Assembly (NCBI RefSeq): GCF_900199515.1
Contig: NZ_LT963434.1
Coordinates: 993,272 to 1,025,271, forward strand
DNA length: 32,000 nucleotides
DNA from: Massilicoli timonensis
Lineage (GTDB): Bacteria > Bacillota_I > Bacilli_A > Erysipelotrichales > Erysipelotrichaceae
Direction: 5' to 3'
The notes beneath the pieces were generated by a model. It worked only from the letters and a program-made list of their open reading frames with translations, was not told the DNA's origin and did no database searches. This document shows positions 8,482 through 14,978 of the stretch, piece by piece. Position numbers and translations under genes: made by a program. The stretch's first letter is position 1. Each line of letters starts with the position of its first letter.

Positions 8482-8541
8482 TCTTTCTCTCTCCTTTGCT
8501 TTTTGTTTTTCATTATAGCGCATCCTGCTTCATTTAAGCAT

Positions 8542-8578
8542 AAAAAAAGATATGTCCACTGCTGTGTAACATATCTTT
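8542..8578 (-). terminator. Rho-independent terminator after pta
   Basis: Minus strand reads AAAGATATGT-13 nt loop-ACATATCTTT followed by TTTT, immediately after the pta stop at 8585. Confidence 0.7.
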
Positions 8579-8584
8579 ATTTAA

Positions 8585-9553
8585 TTATTGAATCAAAGTA
8601 GCCATTGCGGTAACGATTGCCATCTTATAGACTTCTTCACTCGTACAGCCGCGTGATAAATCGTTGATCGGTGCATTTAAGCCTTGCAGGATCGGTCCGA
8701 TCGCTTCATAACCGCCTAAACGAGAAGCGATCTTATAGCCGATGTTTGCGGCATCAATATTCGGGAAAATAAAGACATTGGCTCTTCCCGCAACCTTTGA
8801 CTGCGGCGCCTTTACTTTTGCCACGACCGGCGATACGGAAGCATCAAACTGCAATTCTCCATCTACCGGATACTCTAATGTAATGTTTTTCAAACGCTGT
8901 GTAGCAGAACGCACCTTATTGACACTTTCTCCCTTAGCGCTGCCCATAGAAGAATAAGACAGCAACGAAACAACCGGATCGATACCGAAGAATTTTGCGG
9001 TCTTCGCCGTTTCCATCGTAATTTCAACCAAGTCATCTTCCGTCGGTGCAATGTTGATCGAGCAATCGCCGAATACCAGACGTTCTTCACCTTTGCACAG
9101 GATAAAGCAGCTGGAAACGATGCTGTTGTTTGGTTTGGTCTTGATCAGCTGCAGAGCCGGACGCACGGTATCGGCTGTCGAGTAGGTCGCACCGCCTAAT
9201 AAGCCGTCCGCATATCCCATTTTCACATACATCGTACCGAAATAATTGGTTCCCTCCAGCATCGCTTTCGCACTTGCCTGATCTAATTTACCACGGCGCA
9301 GTTCTACCATCATACGCGCCATTTCTTCCATGCTTTCAAAATGCAGATGATCGACAATGTCGATGCCTTCAATATCTAATCCCAGATCCTGCGCCGCCTG
9401 TTTGATCTCATCGGGATCTCCCAATAATACCGGACATAAGATCTCATCATGATGCAAACGTGCTGCCGCCTGCAAGATACGCGGTTCACTGCCTTCCGGG
9501 AAAACGATTCGAATATTTTTTCCTTTGATCTCCTTAATCAGATTTTCAACCAT
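8585..9553 (-). CDS. pta: Phosphate acetyltransferase
   Basis: PTA_PTB-type sequence (IRIVFPEGSEPRILQAA, GPILQGLNAPINDLSRGC). Preferred start is MVENLIKE at 9553, with a GTGAGGA SD. The track ORF extends to 9607 without an SD. Confidence 0.9.
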   Translation of the reverse strand: MVENLIKEIKGKNIRIVFPEGSEPRILQAAARLHHDEILCPVLLGDPDEIKQAAQDLGLDIEGIDIVDHLHFESMEEMARMMVELRRGKLDQASAKAMLEGTNYFGTMYVKMGYADGLLGGATYSTADTVRPALQLIKTKPNNSIVSSCFILCKGEERLVFGDCSINIAPTEDDLVEITMETAKTAKFFGIDPVVSLLSYSSMGSAKGESVNKVRSATQRLKNITLEYPVDGELQFDASVSPVVAKVKAPQSKVAGRANVFIFPNIDAANIGYKIASRLGGYEAIGPILQGLNAPINDLSRGCTSEEVYKMAIVTAMATLIQ

Positions 9554-9675
9554 ACTAAAAGTCCTCACTTTCATCCTTCGTGTTTTATTATACCATCTGT
9601 TTATCAAAATAAAAGTATTTTGACGTACATAATTTGTTGAATTTATCAGACATTTTTACTATAATTGAACCGTTA

Positions 9676-9770
9676 GCAGAGTAAGGCGATATGCGTTAAG
9701 TGCTTTCTGGACGGGGAGTTGTCAGAAAGACGAAAAGAAATCTTGCGGTATATCGTCTGCATCCCGCTGC
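9676..9770 (+). ncRNA. THF (tetrahydrofolate, folT-motif) riboswitch aptamer
   Basis: GCAGAGUAAG..GCGUUAAGUG..CGGGGAGUUGUC..ACGAAA..GCGGU..GCAUCCCGCUGC matches, from memory, the conserved blocks of the THF-I aptamer (for example the Eubacterium siraeum folT leader). P1 pairs GCAG 9676-9679 with CUGC 9767-9770. It lies directly upstream of a folate ECF S-component gene. Confidence 0.8.
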
Positions 9771-9831
9771 TGCACTCGTTCAAAAGTGAACCTTCTTTTG
9801 CCTGTGCAGAAAGCGAAAGGAGGTTTTTTAT

Positions 9832-10377
9832 ATGAATGCGTATTTGCTAATATGCAAAGAGTCGTTAAAAGCGATGCGCTCCGTCCATGCGATGGTCTTG
9901 TGCGCAGTGTTTGTCGCGCTCAATGTGCTGCTTGGCTCTTTTACCATTGAGATCGGCAAGATCCTTGAAATCAGCTTTACCTCTTTGGCGGCTGCCGCAT
10001 GCAGTTATTGCTGCGGTCCTTTCCTCGGTGCGATCGGCGGTGTTGCCGCAGATCTGATCAAATTCATGATGCGCCCCAGTATCTTTTTTATCGGTTTCAC
10101 CTTCAATGAACTGTTACTGGGACTGATCTATGGCTTTGCGTTTTATCATAAGCCGATTACTTGGAAAAGAGTGATCATCACCAGAGCGATCGTTACGATC
10201 GTATTGAATCTGATCTTGACTTCCCTGTGGCTCAATATGCTTTATGGCAGCGCCTTGTTTGCGGCGATCCGCGTATGGAAAAACATCTTGTTGTTTCCGA
10301 TTGAGTGTTTTATGCTCTATACGATCTTAAAGACATGTGAACGGGTTGCTCCGGCACTGTTAAGAAAGAAGCAGTGA
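9832..10377 (+). CDS. folT: ECF transporter substrate-specific (S) component, folate family
   Basis: 181-aa protein with about six TM segments, GAAAGGAGG SD, preceded by a THF riboswitch and adjacent to folC. Confidence 0.8.
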   Translation: MNAYLLICKESLKAMRSVHAMVLCAVFVALNVLLGSFTIEIGKILEISFTSLAAAACSYCCGPFLGAIGGVAADLIKFMMRPSIFFIGFTFNELLLGLIYGFAFYHKPITWKRVIITRAIVTIVLNLILTSLWLNMLYGSALFAAIRVWKNILLFPIECFMLYTILKTCERVAPALLRKKQ

Positions 10378-10381
10378 TACA

Positions 10382-10444
10382 GAAAAACAGTCGATTACAA
10401 GTATCAAGCGTAAAAGCTGTGATCTTGTGTACGGCTGTTTTTTA
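10382..10444. terminator. Bidirectional terminator between convergent folT and folC
   Basis: aaaaACAGTCGatTACAAG...CTTGTgTACGGCTGTtttttt. This is a long imperfect hairpin flanked by an A-run and a T-run. Confidence 0.5.
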
Positions 10445-10463
10445 TACGAACAAGTATCAATGT

Positions 10464-11690
10464 TTATCGCATCTTCACGCCTAACGTCTTCAAATAGTTT
10501 CTGACATCGGCAATAAAGTACAAAGAACCGGTAACGATGGTGGGCGCATTACCAAACCATGCCTGTCGTATCACTTCCTGATAATCACCGCCCCAAACAA
10601 CACCGGGAAGCGATTGGATCTGTTCTTCATGAATCGCCCGCGGTGTATCAAAATGTACGACCACCACTTCTTCTCCCAGTGTTTTAAGCAGAGAAAGCAT
10701 CTGATCTGTTTCTTTATCCTGCAAAGGTGAACAGATGATATGCAAGTTCAGATGCTTGGGAAGACTGTGCAGCAGCGCCTGTATGCCATCGACATTATGC
10801 GCGCCGTCAAGCAAAAACAACGGCTCTTCCCGCAAGATCTCATAGCGGCCTAGCCAAAAGGCTTTCCGCAATCCCTTTTCCATCTGTTCTTCGCTGATCA
10901 AAAAGCCTTTTTCACGAAGGGTTAAGATCACATCAATGGCACATGCCGCGTTCTTGCACTGATACAGCGCCCTGCTTCCAAGCTGCCAGCGTTTCTGCCG
11001 ATATCGGAAAGAAACACCTTCTTTCGTGATACGCGGTTCGCTGATCGAGGCGATCTGTGTAAACGGCGCCTGCTTTTTTTGACATGCCTCGGCAAATACC
11101 GCAAGACACGCCGGCTTATCTTCTGCGGTGATCAGCGGTGTATCGCGTTTGATGATGCCCGCTTTCGCTGCTGCGATCTCCTCAAGCGTATCGCCCAGCA
11201 GTTCCATATGATCCTTGCCGATATTGGTAATCACGCAGACAAGCGGTGCAATGACATTGGTGGAATCTTTTTCACCGCCTAGTCCTACCTCATATACGGC
11301 TAAATCTACTTGTTTTTCATAAAAGTAGGCAGCCGCGATCAGAAAATCAATTTCAAACATCGTCATGCCCATCTGCTTCCATGTATCGAATTCCCGCATT
11401 GCCCGCAGGAAAAAGTCTTCTTCAAGCGGTTCATCATTGATGCGGATGCGATCGAAGTGATGTTCCATCGACGGCGAGGTAAAGGTACCTACCCGATAGC
11501 CTGCTTCCTGCATCATGCTGCGGATATAATTGGTCGTAGAACCTTTACCGTTTGTTCCCGCTACATGCACACAGGGAATCTGCCGATGCGGATCGCCTTT
11601 TTGATGAAGCACCTTTCGCAAGCGTTCCAAGTCAGCTCTGCCGCGCCTTCCCTCCAATTCTCTTATCAGTTTCCCTGTTTCCTGTTTCAT
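10464..11690 (-). CDS. folC: Folylpolyglutamate synthase / dihydrofolate synthase
   Basis: 408-aa Mur-ligase-family ORF with P-loop HVAGTNGKGST. ATGA start/stop overlap with ung. Confidence 0.9.
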   Translation of the reverse strand: MKQETGKLIRELEGRRGRADLERLRKVLHQKGDPHRQIPCVHVAGTNGKGSTTNYIRSMMQEAGYRVGTFTSPSMEHHFDRIRINDEPLEEDFFLRAMREFDTWKQMGMTMFEIDFLIAAAYFYEKQVDLAVYEVGLGGEKDSTNVIAPLVCVITNIGKDHMELLGDTLEEIAAAKAGIIKRDTPLITAEDKPACLAVFAEACQKKQAPFTQIASISEPRITKEGVSFRYRQKRWQLGSRALYQCKNAACAIDVILTLREKGFLISEEQMEKGLRKAFWLGRYEILREEPLFLLDGAHNVDGIQALLHSLPKHLNLHIICSPLQDKETDQMLSLLKTLGEEVVVVHFDTPRAIHEEQIQSLPGVVWGGDYQEVIRQAWFGNAPTIVTGSLYFIADVRNYLKTLGVKMR

Positions 11691-12343
11691 TCACTGATCC
11701 TCCAATCAATCGGGGACAAGCCATCTTTTTCTAAGAACGCATTGCACCTTGAAAACGGACGGCTGCCAAAAAAACCTCTTGATGCAGATAAAGGAGAAGG
11801 ATGAGCAGAAGTGATCAAATGATGGATCGGATTGGTAATCAGTTTTCCCTTTTCCATCGCCGCATTGCCCCACAATATAAATACGATCGGCGTTTCATGT
11901 GCATTTAACGCCGTCATCACATGATCGCTGAAGGTTTCCCATCCTAATTTGCGATGACTGTTTGCTTTGCCCTTCTCTACGCTCATCACCGTATTCATCA
12001 TCAAAACACCTTGTCTTGCCCATTCTTCCAAATAGCCATGACTCGGTATTGGAATGCCCAGATCCGCATGCAGTTCTTTATAAATGTTGCTTAAACTGCG
12101 TGGGATCGGATTCCCTTTTTTTACCGAAAAACAAAGTCCATGGGCCTGATTCGGTTCGTGATAGGGATCCTGTCCCAGTATCACAACTTTTACTGCTTCA
12201 TATGGGCAGCAGGCAAAGCAAAAAAACAGATCCTCTTTTTTAGGGTAAACCGTTGTATGCGCATATGCTTCATCTAGCTGCTTCATCAATGTTTGAAAAT
12301 ATGGCAGCGTCGCTTCCTGTTTCATCCATATATCCCAGTTCAT
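11687..12343 (-). CDS. ung: Uracil-DNA glycosylase (family 1)
   Basis: GQDPYH water-activating loop and HPSPLS leucine-loop motif. Preferred start is MNWDIW at 12343, with an AGAGGTGA SD. The track start at 12370 lacks an SD. Confidence 0.92.
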   Translation of the reverse strand: MNWDIWMKQEATLPYFQTLMKQLDEAYAHTTVYPKKEDLFFCFACCPYEAVKVVILGQDPYHEPNQAHGLCFSVKKGNPIPRSLSNIYKELHADLGIPIPSHGYLEEWARQGVLMMNTVMSVEKGKANSHRKLGWETFSDHVMTALNAHETPIVFILWGNAAMEKGKLITNPIHHLITSAHPSPLSASRGFFGSRPFSRCNAFLEKDGLSPIDWRISE

Positions 12344-12383
12344 GCCATCACCTCTGTATCTGTTTCCCATTTTACCATACTTT

Positions 12384-12392
12384 TGTTATGAT
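12384..12392 (+). promoter_or_regulatory. Extended -10 promoter (TGtTATGAT) for the 12457 membrane-protein gene
   Basis: TGnTATGAT on the plus strand, 65 nt upstream of the ATG. It overlaps the first copy of a 12-bp exact repeat. Confidence 0.35.
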
Positions 12393-12456
12393 CTATATGT
12401 ATCTCATACATTTCCGCATCAATTTCTTCATAAAATGATCTATATGGAGGAATACG

Positions 12457-13434
12457 ATGGTCAAGAAAATAAGTTATTTTATTTTTATAATGATCCTTTT
12501 TTATTTTCTGTCACGCATCATCACACAAATTCCGTTCCGCCAGTGCATTGCGCAGCTACAAACGATTTCTTTGCTCTGGTTTCCTTTTATCCTGATTTAT
12601 TTATTTGTTTTACTGCTCCTAGATGCTTCTTCCTGTTATCTTTATTTACGCTCCATCCAACCTCTTTCCTTTATCCGCTATCTCTATATTGATACGATGA
12701 ATCATTTATTAGAGCTTATTGTTTTTCCCCCGATTCCCGACAGTATCCTCCTTACCCAGCAGCATCGTTTGCACATCCCGCTATCCACTTCTTTATGTGT
12801 ACTGTTATGGGAACGCTATCTCAACGCCATTCCCCAAATAGGAATCAGTTTTCTGCCCTTGCTGTTACTATCGAAATGGATGCATGCAACGCATCCCACT
12901 CTTTATTTACCGATTTTATCCATCGTATTTGGGATGATCTTGTTATTTGTCCTCAATGCCGGTTTGATTTTGCTTCCTCAATATGCAAAGGGCAAATTTG
13001 CCTGGCTTATGCAAGCACAGGACGTACTGGCACATCTCTGGCAACAAAAAAAGATCATGCTTTATCAGTTCTGTATTCATCTCTGTTATCTGATCTTGAA
13101 GCACAGTGTCTTGATATGGTGTGCATGCATGCTGCAGCTGCCGCTGTCATTTGAACAGGCTATTTTCTATTTTCTATTATCAATTCTTTGCGATTTGCTT
13201 ATGATGGTGATCCCGATGGTTGGAAAACATGGAATCGCAGAGGCTGTTTTCTTATTCTTATTTGCTTCTGTTTTTCAAGATACGACATTGTTTTCCATGA
13301 TGCTGCTATGGCGAATATGCACTTTTTATGCACCGGTTTTCTTTTATCTTTGTCTAGTCGGGCTACTCCATGTGCGGATCAAACAAGAACACAGCGATCA
13401 CTTCGCCGCTTTCGTGAAACTGAAGCGTAAATAA
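12457..13434 (+). CDS. Polytopic integral membrane protein (about 8 TM); possibly flippase-like/LPG-synthase-TM (UPF0104) type
   Basis: 325-aa highly hydrophobic ORF with TGGAGG SD at 6-nt spacing. The family assignment is only an impression from composition and length. Confidence 0.7.
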   Translation: MVKKISYFIFIMILFYFLSRIITQIPFRQCIAQLQTISLLWFPFILIYLFVLLLLDASSCYLYLRSIQPLSFIRYLYIDTMNHLLELIVFPPIPDSILLTQQHRLHIPLSTSLCVLLWERYLNAIPQIGISFLPLLLLSKWMHATHPTLYLPILSIVFGMILLFVLNAGLILLPQYAKGKFAWLMQAQDVLAHLWQQKKIMLYQFCIHLCYLILKHSVLIWCACMLQLPLSFEQAIFYFLLSILCDLLMMVIPMVGKHGIAEAVFLFLFASVFQDTTLFSMMLLWRICTFYAPVFFYLCLVGLLHVRIKQEHSDHFAAFVKLKRK

Positions 13435-13541
13435 ACGCTAAAAATCATCTGTTTTGAGAGCAGCCGTTTCATGATCATACGATTTTTATTCTCGTTCACT
13501 ATTTTATATGTTAATATAATCATATACGATAAAACCGATGG

Positions 13542-13767
13542 AAGGAGCAATCATTTATGTCAGATGAACTATTATTCAGTATCCCATTGCTTGCTTTTGC
13601 GATCCGATTTCTTCCGATCATACTGCTTGGCTATGTCATCTACCGTCAAATCGGTATTGAGAAGAAATTAAATACGATCATGTATAAATTGGAACAAGAC
13701 AAGCATACACGATCTTGAAAAAACAGGCTGTAAGTATAGATTTTCATATCTACATGACAGCCTGTTT
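13542..13767 (+). repeat. Direct repeat A (226 bp): SD + 53-aa ORF + terminator
   Basis: Nearly identical to 14753-14977. There are 3 substitutions in the 162-nt ORF plus a small change in the hairpin loop. Confidence 0.9.
13557..13718 (+). CDS. Small single-pass membrane protein, copy A (53 aa)
   Basis: MSDELLFSIPLLAFAIRFLPIILLGYVIYRQIGIEKKLNTIMYKLEQDKHTRS. AAGGAG SD, TATAAT at 13515-13520, strong terminator downstream. The frame is conserved in copy B. It is below the 60-aa ORF-track cutoff. Confidence 0.6.
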   Translation: MSDELLFSIPLLAFAIRFLPIILLGYVIYRQIGIEKKLNTIMYKLEQDKHTRS

Positions 13768-13771
13768 TTTT
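13717..13771 (+). terminator. Rho-independent terminator after small ORF A
   Basis: aaaaaACAGGCTGT-25 nt-ACAGCCTGTtttttt. Confidence 0.8.
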
Positions 13772-14121
13772 CATTGACCATTTCGAATTTAATCTTATTT
13801 TGTGTATCTAGTATTCATGATATATGAGCCATGATTAAATAGAGATAGTATTAGACTATTTTCAGAACACAACTAAAAACAGATAGTGAAAAACAAAGAT
13901 TAAAAAAACAGCCTAGATTAAGTGTTTTTAGAGTCATGTTTTTCTAAAATCATCTTTTTCTTTCTATTTCATACAATCTATGCTAATGTGAGATTAACAA
14001 GGAGGTGAAATTATGCAAGAAATTAAAAAGGTTTATTTGTTGTAGATCATTATACAACATGTTTATGACTTCGCATTCATTAGTATTTACCTCAGTTGCA
14101 AAGCCGACACCATACCAGAAT

Positions 14122-14130
14122 TGATAAGAT
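14122..14130 (+). promoter_or_regulatory. Candidate extended -10 (TGaTAAGAT) for the secreted-protein gene
   Basis: TGnTAAGAT about 28 nt upstream of the ATG at 14158. No convincing -35. Confidence 0.3.
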
Positions 14131-14157
14131 AATAATATTCAAAATAGGAGATAATTT

Positions 14158-14754
14158 ATGAAAAAACGTTCATTTTTACTTGCATCAGGACTAATCGTTG
14201 CTTTTGTATTTTCTACCAACAGCATAAAAGCTGCTGAACCAGAACAAATAATAACTAAACAACCCCATAACACGGTACTTTCTCATTCTCAAGATGAGGA
14301 TTTGACTATTTCATTTGATTTGTCAAATCCAAGTGCACAAACAAATTCTTTTTATGATGAAGAAGGGAATTTAATAACAATTAGCATGAGCGAAGAATTG
14401 TCTGTTAAGAAAAACACACGTGAATTTGTCCCAGTAGGATCTTTTGATAGAATTTTTTCTCTTAATAACGGTCTAACCTATATGTCCGCTAGATTCAAAG
14501 GTACAGTAAATCCATATATATCGAAATTTACCAGCATATCTAACGGTACCTTTAGATCAAGTTTGGGTTCATGGATTAAAGAGCGATATGGAACTTCTAC
14601 TTTAATTGGTGATCCTAATGTAGCCGTTGGCTTATATCAAGTATTTTACAGCGATATATTGATCGGTGGAACACGCACGATGACGCTAGAAGTATACCTT
14701 TATCCTGGAACAGCATTTGGAGAAGCCGTTATTAAAATTACACCTGAATGGTAA
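14158..14754 (+). CDS. Secreted protein of unknown function (198 aa)
   Basis: AGGAG SD. Sec signal peptide MKKRSFLLASGLIVAFVFSTNSIKA/AEP. The mature part looks beta-rich with no recognisable catalytic motif. The gene sits in a visibly AT-rich segment. Confidence 0.8.
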   Translation: MKKRSFLLASGLIVAFVFSTNSIKAAEPEQIITKQPHNTVLSHSQDEDLTISFDLSNPSAQTNSFYDEEGNLITISMSEELSVKKNTREFVPVGSFDRIFSLNNGLTYMSARFKGTVNPYISKFTSISNGTFRSSLGSWIKERYGTSTLIGDPNVAVGLYQVFYSDILIGGTRTMTLEVYLYPGTAFGEAVIKITPEW

Positions 14755-14767
14755 GGAGCAATCATTT

Positions 14768-14929
14768 ATGTCAGATAAACTATTATTCAGTATCCCATTG
14801 CTTGCTTTTGCGATCCGATTTCTTCCGATCATACTGCTTGGCTATGTCATCTACCGTCAAATCGGCATTGAGAAGAAATTAAATACGATCATGTATAAAA
14901 TGGAACAAGACAAGCATACACGATCTTGA
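14768..14929 (+). CDS. Small single-pass membrane protein, copy B (53 aa)
   Basis: MSDKLLFSIPLLAFAIRFLPIILLGYVIYRQIGIEKKLNTIMYKMEQDKHTRS. The ATG lies 13 nt after the stop of the 14158 gene. The track ORF 14717-14929 is a spurious upstream extension into the preceding gene. Confidence 0.65.
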   Translation: MSDKLLFSIPLLAFAIRFLPIILLGYVIYRQIGIEKKLNTIMYKMEQDKHTRS

Positions 14930-14975
14930 AAAAACAGGCTGTAAGTATAGATTTCAAATCTACATGACAGCCTGT
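14928..14975. terminator. Bidirectional terminator shared by small ORF B and convergent pulA
   Basis: aaaaaACAGGCTGT-24 nt-ACAGCCTGTtt. The A-run supplies the T-tract for pulA, whose stop is at 14979, on the minus strand. Confidence 0.8.
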
Positions 14976-14978
14976 TTC

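Larger units (their letters stand above)
14753..14977 (+). repeat. Direct repeat B (225 bp): SD + 53-aa ORF + terminator
   Basis: See repeat A. The repeat starts inside the stop codon/SD (gtAAGGAGc) of the secreted-protein gene. Confidence 0.9.

Noticed and set aside
7663-8523. Recombinase read as a prophage, ICE or transposon integrase marking a mobile element
   Set aside because: No phage, conjugation or excisionase genes are present. No att-like direct repeats lie at the boundaries of a larger element. The only cognate-looking sites lie within 300 bp next to the gene, which fits a dedicated invertase better. Mobility of the whole 4.6-kb island cannot be excluded.
12342-12692. 116-aa plus-strand ORF spanning the ung start, the intergenic region and the start of the membrane-protein gene
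   Set aside because: It crosses a divergent promoter region, has no SD, and is out of frame with the well-supported 12457 ORF, which has a TGGAGG SD.
13471-13671. 66-aa track ORF (MIIRFLFSF...) overlapping small ORF A in another frame
   Set aside because: It has no SD. The duplicated copy at 14753-14977 conserves the other frame (SD, ATG and stop all retained; only 3 substitutions, 2 of them amino-acid changes). Repeat homology begins downstream of this ORF's start.
14717-14929. 70-aa track ORF as a single gene (MEKPLLKLHLNGKEQSFMSDK...)
   Set aside because: Its first 17 codons overlap the 3' end of the secreted-protein gene out of frame and lack an SD. The internal ATG at 14768 has an AAGGAG SD and matches the start of copy A exactly.
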